Positions 1 through 8,276 of a DNA stretch of 64,000 bases are shown in pieces. A model generated the notes under the pieces. It was not told the origin of the DNA, did not search any database, and worked only from the letters and a program-made list of their open reading frames with translations. Source of the stretch: a virus. The position numbers and the translations under genes were made by a program. The stretch lies in the IMG/VR virus record IMGVR_UViG_3300045051_000081, positions 7,072-71,071 of that record. One strand, given 5' to 3'. How positions within the stretch are numbered: position 1 is the stretch's first letter; every line of letters starts with the position of its first letter.

Positions 1-302
1 CGCTTGATTTCGTTGTTGTTGTAATTCAACATCGTCTCGGTAATCTTCTGCATGTTATCCATCATGCCCTTGGTCACCTCGGCGCTGACGCAACCTCCTA
101 GTATAATCTGTTGCTGTTGCTGCCACTCGATGATCATCTTTGCCATCACGCTGCGCTGTTCGAGAGTCGCCGCACTGGAGTAATACAGCATGGCCGAGAG
201 CGCGAACACGACAACCACCAACGCAAGCGAGAGTGGGTTCTCCCTCATTACCCCAAAGAAGGAGCGGGTAGTTTCACCGACTTCTTTGGAAACATCGATC
301 AC
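1..302 (-). CDS. Single-TM membrane protein downstream of the endolysin (lysis accessory?), runs off the window edge
   Basis: GTG at 302 overlaps the endolysin stop (GTGA). Hand translation MIDVSKEVGETTRSFFGVMRENPLSLALVVVVFALSAMLYY... stays open to position 1. Absent from the ORF track. Confidence 0.6.
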   Translation of the reverse strand, partial: MIDVSKEVGETTRSFFGVMRENPLSLALVVVVFALSAMLYYSSAATLEQRSVMAKMIIEWQQQQQIILGGCVSAEVTKGMMDNMQKITETMLNYNNNEIK

Positions 303-1864
303 GCGATCTCCGGCTCATCCTCCGAGGTGCCTTCCACTAGCTCTTGTATCTTCTCCAGTAACTCATCCACCTCTGGTACGATCTCCGCCTCGTGACGCTT
401 GATCGGTCCCCAATGATCCTTGAGAACACGAAGCCCCACCGCTGTGCTCATCACCGCGAACGCGGGACAGTATTTCGCGAGCCACTGATAAGCCGCTCCG
501 TCACCGGAACCGTAGACATTCAGGTTGTTTGCGGTGGGATAAATCCCCTCGCTGAAGATATCCAGAAACCCATTGGGATCTGCCCAGTACTCGTGGAATA
601 GCTCCTCGATGTACGAGGACGAGTTGTGGAAGTTCCAGCTAGACTGGAACAGTCCCGCTTCACACGTATCACTTGACGTGTTGCTGGCCGACATGTCGCG
701 GCCCTCGCAGTACTTGCCCGAGGATTCACGCATCCCCAGACCTATCAGTAATACGAAGAGATGCCGGATACGCTCGCGCGAGGTGCCGTTGTTCATGTCT
801 TCGTTATCGAACTGATCCGCGTACCACTCCATGGCGTCCTTATCTGGACTACCCAGTGGCTTAGCCATCGCCTGCGCAGACGCCTTGCCGGTCTGGAACA
901 TCTGCATGGCCACCGCGAAGCACATGGCCATCCCGGAGATGTATCCGGGATAGGACGTGCCTCGGCCCTCCCACTCGTAGTCGTCCAAGCCAGATGCCAC
1001 CACCAGCCTATCGATGTCCGACATCATCTCCACCGTGATGCCACTGTTGCCGTTGGCCATGCGCGTATCGAGAGCGTCCACCTCGGCCCATGTCATCGGG
1101 CCAACAACACCATCCGCGCCTAGCTCGCACGCCGCTTGGAACGCACGTACCTGTGTATCCGTAATAGAACCAAAATCACCATCCGCCGGTATCCCCAGTG
1201 ATCGCTGCAGCCGCGCCACAGCTTCCCCTTGATCACCCTTCTTAAGAGTAGGATGCGAATCAACGTCAGGCCCCGGCCCTTCCGGCGGGGGCTCTGTGAC
1301 TGGAGGCCTGTCGGGTTGCTGGCCCGCCTGCTCGTCAGCGAGACCCTCGGCGATTGCCACGCAGATCTCGGAGAATCTGTCGTGATATATGTCCACATCT
1401 GCGTGCGAATTGACGAAGCATACCTCCACTAGGACGGCTACTTCGTTGGTGTTGTTCAGGAAGGCGAAGTTCCCTGACTTGGGACCACGATTTTTCAGTC
1501 CAGAAGCGGTACATATTTTGTCCACCACCCTGTCAGCGACCTTCTGGCCCGCCGAAGAAGCATAGAACACTTCGCTACCCACCGGACCACTAGGCTGGGG
1601 GTCTGTACTATTGAAGTGGATGCTCACGTCTAGGTCGTGATTGCCCTGTGCATTGTGGTAGTCACAGATGCGATCAAGGTTCTCGTCCTGAGATTTGCTG
1701 ACCGTATCCTCGTAGGTGACCACATCCACGTCCATCGAGCGCAGCACTGCCGCTACCTCGTTGACGACCTTCACCGCTTCAGTGTGCTCGTGGATGCCCC
1801 AAGGGGATGGGCCTACAGCACCAGAGATATACTTCCCGTGGCCTGAACTGATGACGATCTTCAT
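299..1864 (-). CDS. Modular endolysin: Amidase_3-type N-acetylmuramoyl-L-alanine amidase, peptidoglycan-binding domain and C-terminal lysozyme-like domain
   Basis: Amidase motifs ISSGHG, E, SIHFNS and VLVEVCFVNS. PG-binding motif LKKGDQGEAVARLQ...DGDFG...T...VRAFQ...L.ADGVVGPMTW. C-terminal MRESSG...AGLFQ. Confidence 0.9.
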   Translation of the reverse strand: MKIVISSGHGKYISGAVGPSPWGIHEHTEAVKVVNEVAAVLRSMDVDVVTYEDTVSKSQDENLDRICDYHNAQGNHDLDVSIHFNSTDPQPSGPVGSEVFYASSAGQKVADRVVDKICTASGLKNRGPKSGNFAFLNNTNEVAVLVEVCFVNSHADVDIYHDRFSEICVAIAEGLADEQAGQQPDRPPVTEPPPEGPGPDVDSHPTLKKGDQGEAVARLQRSLGIPADGDFGSITDTQVRAFQAACELGADGVVGPMTWAEVDALDTRMANGNSGITVEMMSDIDRLVVASGLDDYEWEGRGTSYPGYISGMAMCFAVAMQMFQTGKASAQAMAKPLGSPDKDAMEWYADQFDNEDMNNGTSRERIRHLFVLLIGLGMRESSGKYCEGRDMSASNTSSDTCEAGLFQSSWNFHNSSSYIEELFHEYWADPNGFLDIFSEGIYPTANNLNVYGSGDGAAYQWLAKYCPAFAVMSTAVGLRVLKDHWGPIKRHEAEIVPEVDELLEKIQELVEGTSEDEPEIA

Positions 1865-1910
1865 GGGGCACCTCCCGAATCACGGCGTCATCTTACCACG
1901 CATAGGATAG

Positions 1911-2015
1911 CTACCCATCGAGCAACCAGATGGCTGCCAGCGTCAGGACGACAGTGATCACCACGATTGCCGCACCCCAGAGCAGGTCATGCTCCCCGTC
2001 ATAGTCCATGTTCAT
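1911..2015 (-). CDS. 34-aa single-TM peptide (holin/lysis regulator candidate)
   Basis: Hand translation MNMDYDGEHDLLWGAAIVVITVVLTLAAIWLLDG; ATGA overlap with the upstream ORF. Confidence 0.45.
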   Translation of the reverse strand: MNMDYDGEHDLLWGAAIVVITVVLTLAAIWLLDG

Positions 2016-2128
2016 GGGTCAGGAACCGTCTCCCAAGCACCGCTAAAGTACCCGTAGGTGGCCAAGATCAAGAGCACCAAGAACGCAACCGCCGCGATGG
2101 TCACGGCCATCCTTGTCTGCCTGTCCAT
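2012..2128 (-). CDS. 38-aa single-TM peptide (holin/lysis regulator candidate)
   Basis: Hand translation MDRQTRMAVTIAAVAFLVLLILATYGYFSGAWETVPDP; TGATG coupling with the upstream ORF. Confidence 0.5.
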   Translation of the reverse strand: MDRQTRMAVTIAAVAFLVLLILATYGYFSGAWETVPDP

Positions 2129-2307
2129 CACCTGATGGGGCTTCCATAGACACTAAGACCTAGGATGCCGGTGAGGATGAACAGGACGAGCCAGCTACCA
2201 AACGGCCCCCATGTACCGAGACGATCTCCACTCCAAGGGCTTATGCCAAAAATACCGAAGATCCCAACCAGCACGTAGATCAACCAGAACCAGATGTTGG
2301 CACCCAT
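2128..2307 (-). CDS. 59-aa two-TM membrane protein, holin candidate
   Basis: Hand translation MGANIWFWLIYVLVGIFGIFGISPWSGDRLGTWGPFGSWLVLFILTGILGLSVYGSPIR; GGGAG SD upstream; lies upstream of the endolysin. Confidence 0.6.
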   Translation of the reverse strand: MGANIWFWLIYVLVGIFGIFGISPWSGDRLGTWGPFGSWLVLFILTGILGLSVYGSPIR

Positions 2308-2438
2308 AGTCGTCTCCCTTGACCGTTAGCCTCCGATGTATTACATTTGGTATATGGCCTAGGTGAACTGCTCTGAAACACAGCGCCCTAGGGGAAGCAA
2401 TTCCTGCACTGGGTACGGGACGAGAAGCGCACCTAGGC

Positions 2439-5400
2439 CTACTCCTCCTCATTGTTGACGAGACCCTTTATTACCCCCGCCGCGCCAACAACTGGCGGCA
2501 CCGTGAAGTAGGCAAAGCCCGCCGGATTCGGCCTCGGTCGGGTCGGCTGCAAGCCCATCTGCCCCTCCTCCTCCCCCGCCACCTTCTCGTAAGTCTTGTG
2601 CCCAGAAGCAGTGTGCTCGTCTGACACCTTACGCAGTTGCTCACGCGACATCGCTGGCATCCGCTCCAGACCGGGAAACATATTCTCATGCGGCTCAAGC
2701 CGCCTTCGGATGCGATCCCACTCCAGCCACTGTGAGGGGAACAGGTTTAAGCCCTGCTGCGTGGCAAGCCGCTGGTTCCAATCGAGTGCGCGGCGATACG
2801 CTTCGCCCATGACCTTGACGTGGCTTGGCTCAGACGGCCACTGCGCATTGGCCAGATGCGGCGGCACATTCGGACTGATCTCACCCTTCCGCGTGCGGAG
2901 CTTTAAGTTCTGCTCGTTGCCGACATATTCGAGCTTCATCTTAGTCAGGAAGCCCTCGCCACCAGAAGCTTGCCTGAGTTGGCGATAATTCCTGACCGGA
3001 CGGTCCTCGTTATTATCATTCCAACGATCAACAGCACGCTTCTCAAACGCTCTCTGCTCAGCCCTGTTCTTGAAAAGCCTGCCGGTACGCTCGAACTCGT
3101 TGACCATGTGCCGGTCGATTGCCGAGATACCGGCATGCATCGGATCCTGCCATACGCCACCGAACGAGCCCGTCTTCATCGCCGTCCCCTTCACCTGAGA
3201 CGTGAGCCGTTCGACATAGCTGGGCCAATCCTCTGTAGCCGTCTTGGTAAACCACTGCGGGTGTTGCTCCCACATCTGTGCCAACTCAGCGATGCGGGTG
3301 TAGTCAGTCGAGCCGCGCACACCGAGGCCGCCCCTCGATTCAGCATCGATACCGAGCATGTTGGCGATGTTATTGCTGGCCGCCAGCCGTTCTTCCTGAG
3401 AAACCGCGTCACCGACCTTCCATGGGATGGAATTAGCCAGTTGTTGACGTAATCCCGGCTCGCGCATGCGCAGGATCGACTGCGTAAGCTGGTTGGGGAA
3501 TAACGGATTATTGGGCGAGGTCATACCGAACATCAGCCCCGACCATGTCCGCTCGGGGGACACCGGCTGTGCCACATCCATCGAGCGCATCAGCTTCTGA
3601 TGCAGCGGGATATGCAACTCACGCGGAATACGGGATGGATCGATGCCGTCTGCCTTCATCCGCAGCATATCGTAGTAGGTGAACTGACCCTCCAATCCAC
3701 CGGGGATATTGAAGGGCGTGTTATCACTGTATCTGAACGCCGTGGCTGGCGACTCCGGCCCCAGCCTTTCAACACCGAAGTGCTTGCCGACCTCCGCAAA
3801 CTCCTGCGGAGTCCACTCCGCCGGTCCCTTGCCGCGATAGGTAAACGGCATGTTGTCTAGTGTGCTCATCGAGCCGCGCAGTTCCGGGTTGCCCAATAGC
3901 ATCGGCACCTCGGGTGCTTTGACTGCCTCGGCTGGCGCAGCCTGCGTATCCTTGTACTCAGACCTGTACTCTGGCCCCTCGTACTCCGACTTGTAGATCT
4001 TCGCATCGTTGAACGGCTTCTCACCCGGCTTGAGCCTCCGGTTCTTATCGATCATCTGGTTCTGGCGCTTGATATCCTCTGTCTCCCACGAGGCCCTAGA
4101 CGGAAGCGTACTGTCGGCGCGTGTCTGCACGTTGCGCGCCTCGGTTTCTCCAGCCTGTGCCTTGTAGATGCGGTGGCGCACGACCCGAATCATATTCTGC
4201 TTCTCTTGCAGACTTGCCGCATCCCAGTCCACGCCACTACGCTTGGCCATATTCTGGGCGATAGTCTCGACCTCAGAGTTCTTCAACGGAAGCTGTCGCG
4301 GGTTGGAACCGGGCGCAAAACCCTCGCGCTCCTGAATGGCATGCTGGATCTCATGCAGCAGCATGTCGCGCGCACCTACGTCGCTCGCGAACTGCTTCTC
4401 AAACAGATCGCCCATCCCGCCACGCTCATACGTGGGAGCCCTGACCTCTATCTCTCCTGCTCTCCCAAATCTCTTTTGGTTCTTGGTCGGCGGCGTGTAG
4501 CTAGCCCCCGGCTTGATCCCCTCGCCTACCTCCAGACTGGTCCGCATATTCCGTAGCCACGGATAAGCCTCGTAGAGCGCCGGATGATGGAAGACCTCCT
4601 CCAGCCTTTTGTTAGGCCTGAACCCAGTATCGCGTGAGGCTCCCCCTTGCCCCCCTTCAACACGCTCACTTGGGGCCTCCGGGATGACCCGCGACTCCGC
4701 ATCGGAGATCTCGAACTTGGGTTTTCCTTCTGAGCCAAACTCCCACCCCGTCCTATTACGGATGGTCGCGTGCGGGACGCCTGCGGCAAGCATCTTCTCT
4801 GCCTCTGCCAGCATCCCCTTGTTTGCAGTCAAAGCACCGCGCCCACCGAAGACACCAATACCGGGCTTCGGAAACGGCGCATTGGCCCCGTACAGCATCA
4901 ACGCGGCTGCCGCACCAGCAGGCATCTCCTCGGGAGGAGGCCCACCGTAGGGCATGTCTTCCTGACTGCCAGCGTACTCACCCCTGCGCTGCAGATCGCC
5001 AGCGGCATGCGTGAACTGTTCAGGCGCACCCAGTAATCCCTTGCCCATCTCCTTGAGCACATACGTAGGAAGCGTCTCACCTTCCTTGTTGACCTTGGGT
5101 GCCGGGATGTCCTGCACAGGAGTAGTCGAGGTAACGGTGGAGCCTGCAGTTGCGCTCAGGCCGCCGGGGGTATTCCTTCGCTTCAACTCGGCATCAAGTG
5201 GATCAGGCTCACTCGAATCAGCGTTGACACCGCCGCCGTCAGCGCGGCGATATGCAGCCCGCAGCCCACCCTTGTAGCCGGGGCGACGATCCTCGATGTT
5301 GATCGATGCTGGTGCGTTCTCGATGAACTGCGACCATGCCTTGTCGTTGAGAGGCACACGCGGATAGAACTCCTGCGCTGCGGCGATGGTGTCTTGGTTC

Positions 5401-8276
5401 TTGGCCAGCGCCCGCGCCACTTCCTCCTTGAACTCTGGACTATCGACTGGATAAGGAACCGAACCGCCGTTCTGATACCTTACTTTCCTCTTCGCTTGAG
5501 CAGACCGGCGAGCGAGCGATGATCTTTCGCGCGCCTCAACAGCACGCGCTTTATTTCGGGCCTTGATTCCTTCGCGGCCAAGCGGGCGTACCGTTCCGCC
5601 ACTTGCATAGCCCGCTGGTGCTGGCTGGTCATGTCTGTCCGGTTCTCCTGCTATCGGGGTACGAGCAGCACGCCCCGCATACATCCGCATCGTTCGCAAG
5701 AACGCGATGTTCTCTTGTGGCGTGGTCTTGCCAAGGAGGTAGTGCCCCTTCGCTGGGTCAACCATGCCCTCCACAATCAGATCCTGTACCGACTTGATGC
5801 CAGCATCACGCATGGCCTTGACTTGGCCTGCACTTAGGAACCCCACCACGGCTCCCAGCGGCCCGCCAGCAATCCCACCCGTCGCTCCGCCAAATATATG
5901 AAGCATCTTCGACAGTCTGCTCCCCTGCAGACCAAAGTGCCTCATCGCGTACAGATCTTGCGCGGTGTTTGATCCACCGGGAATCTTGGTGGCGTCAATG
6001 CTCATCTTGGCGCGACGCATGTCTCGCGCGATCAACTGCATGGTGTTGATCTGTTCTGGCGTGAAGCCAAACTCACGCAGAGCCGCACCGTTCTGACGAA
6101 TAAACGACTGGAATTGATCCGCCCGCAGGACGTTGATCTCGGTTGTACCGGCAGCAGTATTGGATACCAGCTTGTTGGTGATCCAATCCGAGATCGCCCT
6201 ACGCGCACCATCGCGCGCCTCTGGCGTAGTCAGCCTCGCCATCACATTCCGCGCATCAGCAACCGCAGTCTTGCTGCCAAAGATGCTGCCAAGGAGCTTG
6301 GAGATATCTTCCTTATCCCTCAGCCCCATAAGGTCGCCGAAGATGCCCTCGTTTCCCCGCTTGCTGACAGCCGCACGCTGAGCCGCCGCTTCCTTGGTGA
6401 CGACCGGAACATTGGCCGTGGCTTGCCTTGATGCCAGCGTCGATTGCTCAAGCTCGTCCAGCCGCCGCGCCAGCGCACCGCCATCACGCTCAGCCACAGC
6501 ACGCAGCGCATGCTGCTTGCTGTTCGCCCAACTCCTCAGACTGGTAGGATTGATATTGCCGTTCACATCAGTGGCACGAGCCCGCAAATCAGCGACCAGC
6601 GCCTCGGTCACCTCCTGCAACCCGCCTCCGGGACGACCTTGGGTCGCACGCAAGTAGGCGTTGACGGTGTCGTAGCCCTTGGGACCACTAGGAATGATCC
6701 TCCCCGGCACAGCAGAGGGGGTCATCTTCTGCTCGCCGCCCTGCCCCGGCTTCACGATGCCTTGGACCGGCTCCGTCTTGAAGATCGCCGACCGTTCCTT
6801 GGTCGCTGCTGTTGCTGCAGCCAGACGTTCTGCCGCATCCGCACCCATGGCAGCTTGCCCCGGTCCTGCCGGAACACCCGCTTCAAACGGAGCAACAGCC
6901 GACTGCTCTACGGCTGTCCGCAATTCAGCCATACGCCCATAGGCTTTGGTGGGACCACGCGCGCGCATCTCCGCCCGCATCTCATCCGAGATAAGACTAC
7001 GCAGCGACCGCATTTCTGCGAACGAAACGACGGGGGTATATTGTCCGATAACTCCCTGAATGCGCCTCTCAGCATCCGTAATAGTCTCAGCGTCAGCCAG
7101 CGTCATGCCATTCCGAAGACGGAAATCTGCGTTGATCACCGGATCAGCATTGACCGAGAGCCTTCCTTGCGGATCGATACCCTCCCACAGCCTGCTCGCA
7201 GCATTGCGTGACGCAGTGTTGGCCTCGGTTAGCTCACGCTGAAAAACCTGCCCGGAAATATCCGGGGTAAAGCCGGTGCCACCTGCCGCTCGATCTGCTC
7301 GCTGCGCCCGTTCCGCTGCTACTCGTGCCGCTTCTTCGGCTCGCGCTACTGCTGTTCTCTCCGCTGACTCGGCAATGGCATCCTCAACTCGCATCCGCTC
7401 CCTGATATTGTTGGCAACCTCCTCAGGATTACCGGGTGTCTCCGTCGTCTCCAGCGCACGCTGCCTTGCCGCAGCCTGCTCTGCCCGCCGCTCCTGAAAC
7501 GGAGCCTGCGCCTTCGTCTGCACACCACGCTCCAACTGCCCCAGTCCATAGTTGCCCGAGGCTTGGAACGTCGTCGGCTCTGAACCGGGAATGATCTCCT
7601 CGACATCGGCAAGCTTGGTCCGTACCTGCTCCGGGGTCTCCTTCCCTTCCTTCGCAGCCTGCTTCAATGCCAACCCGGCTTGCGTCTCCTGCCCCTCTTT
7701 GGTGTACAGCCGCCCCTCATCCGCAAGCGAACCAGCCTTCGGCTCTGCAGTCTTTGTCTTGTAGGGGAGAGGCTTGCCAATTTGCTTGAGCCCAAGACCG
7801 GGGGTCGCTAGCTGCGCAGCAAACTCTGAGTATTCCTTGGGAACGCCGAGCCTTTGCTCACCGGGCTCACCAATGACAGCACGATACGCAGCGTTGATCG
7901 GCGAGCCGATGTAACCAAGCGCACCGAAGCCTACATTACCGAGACCCCAGAGCAGATTGCCCTCATCCCCCTCCTTGCCAGTCCGCGTGACAGCCTGTTT
8001 CAGTTGTCCGAGGCCCCTACCTACTTGGTTCTGCGCCTCCTGCCGCATCTCCGTATAGATCTCGGGGTAATCCAGAACAGTCGTGTTCGTTCGCGTGGGC
8101 TCTGGCTTCTCTCCCGGCTGCAACGCTCGCTTACGCTCCCATGGCGGAATCCTGTCCTCTTCCTCCGGGGTAAGAGGCTTGGCATCGCTGGGGCGTACCG
8201 TGACCCTCGCCGGAGCCTGCGCAGGCTGCTGCGGGCGTTCCCATGGAGGGATTCTATCGGGATCGTCAGCCATCAA
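2439..8276 (-). CDS. Large polyvalent internal virion/ejection protein (1945 aa) with an LPD23-like/HEXXH metallopeptidase region and a C-terminal HhH-glycosylase-like region
   Basis: Motifs TGWEFGSEGKPKFEISD, HPALYEAYP, LLHEIQHAIQEREGF and AGETEARNVQTR. C-terminal VKGTAMKTGSF...AIDRHM. Last gene of the virion module. Confidence 0.75.
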   Translation of the reverse strand: MMADDPDRIPPWERPQQPAQAPARVTVRPSDAKPLTPEEEDRIPPWERKRALQPGEKPEPTRTNTTVLDYPEIYTEMRQEAQNQVGRGLGQLKQAVTRTGKEGDEGNLLWGLGNVGFGALGYIGSPINAAYRAVIGEPGEQRLGVPKEYSEFAAQLATPGLGLKQIGKPLPYKTKTAEPKAGSLADEGRLYTKEGQETQAGLALKQAAKEGKETPEQVRTKLADVEEIIPGSEPTTFQASGNYGLGQLERGVQTKAQAPFQERRAEQAAARQRALETTETPGNPEEVANNIRERMRVEDAIAESAERTAVARAEEAARVAAERAQRADRAAGGTGFTPDISGQVFQRELTEANTASRNAASRLWEGIDPQGRLSVNADPVINADFRLRNGMTLADAETITDAERRIQGVIGQYTPVVSFAEMRSLRSLISDEMRAEMRARGPTKAYGRMAELRTAVEQSAVAPFEAGVPAGPGQAAMGADAAERLAAATAATKERSAIFKTEPVQGIVKPGQGGEQKMTPSAVPGRIIPSGPKGYDTVNAYLRATQGRPGGGLQEVTEALVADLRARATDVNGNINPTSLRSWANSKQHALRAVAERDGGALARRLDELEQSTLASRQATANVPVVTKEAAAQRAAVSKRGNEGIFGDLMGLRDKEDISKLLGSIFGSKTAVADARNVMARLTTPEARDGARRAISDWITNKLVSNTAAGTTEINVLRADQFQSFIRQNGAALREFGFTPEQINTMQLIARDMRRAKMSIDATKIPGGSNTAQDLYAMRHFGLQGSRLSKMLHIFGGATGGIAGGPLGAVVGFLSAGQVKAMRDAGIKSVQDLIVEGMVDPAKGHYLLGKTTPQENIAFLRTMRMYAGRAARTPIAGEPDRHDQPAPAGYASGGTVRPLGREGIKARNKARAVEARERSSLARRSAQAKRKVRYQNGGSVPYPVDSPEFKEEVARALAKNQDTIAAAQEFYPRVPLNDKAWSQFIENAPASINIEDRRPGYKGGLRAAYRRADGGGVNADSSEPDPLDAELKRRNTPGGLSATAGSTVTSTTPVQDIPAPKVNKEGETLPTYVLKEMGKGLLGAPEQFTHAAGDLQRRGEYAGSQEDMPYGGPPPEEMPAGAAAALMLYGANAPFPKPGIGVFGGRGALTANKGMLAEAEKMLAAGVPHATIRNRTGWEFGSEGKPKFEISDAESRVIPEAPSERVEGGQGGASRDTGFRPNKRLEEVFHHPALYEAYPWLRNMRTSLEVGEGIKPGASYTPPTKNQKRFGRAGEIEVRAPTYERGGMGDLFEKQFASDVGARDMLLHEIQHAIQEREGFAPGSNPRQLPLKNSEVETIAQNMAKRSGVDWDAASLQEKQNMIRVVRHRIYKAQAGETEARNVQTRADSTLPSRASWETEDIKRQNQMIDKNRRLKPGEKPFNDAKIYKSEYEGPEYRSEYKDTQAAPAEAVKAPEVPMLLGNPELRGSMSTLDNMPFTYRGKGPAEWTPQEFAEVGKHFGVERLGPESPATAFRYSDNTPFNIPGGLEGQFTYYDMLRMKADGIDPSRIPRELHIPLHQKLMRSMDVAQPVSPERTWSGLMFGMTSPNNPLFPNQLTQSILRMREPGLRQQLANSIPWKVGDAVSQEERLAASNNIANMLGIDAESRGGLGVRGSTDYTRIAELAQMWEQHPQWFTKTATEDWPSYVERLTSQVKGTAMKTGSFGGVWQDPMHAGISAIDRHMVNEFERTGRLFKNRAEQRAFEKRAVDRWNDNNEDRPVRNYRQLRQASGGEGFLTKMKLEYVGNEQNLKLRTRKGEISPNVPPHLANAQWPSEPSHVKVMGEAYRRALDWNQRLATQQGLNLFPSQWLEWDRIRRRLEPHENMFPGLERMPAMSREQLRKVSDEHTASGHKTYEKVAGEEEGQMGLQPTRPRPNPAGFAYFTVPPVVGAAGVIKGLVNNEEE

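Noticed and set aside
1689-1697. 9-nt match of an array spacer (TGAGATTTG) in the endolysin gene, and its complement near 46060
   Set aside because: The partner spacer does not match the flanks, and single 9-mers are expected by chance.
2337-2344. TGTATTAC shared by the lysis upstream region and the tas promoter (46180-46187)
   Set aside because: A single 8-mer match is plausible by chance in 64 kb.
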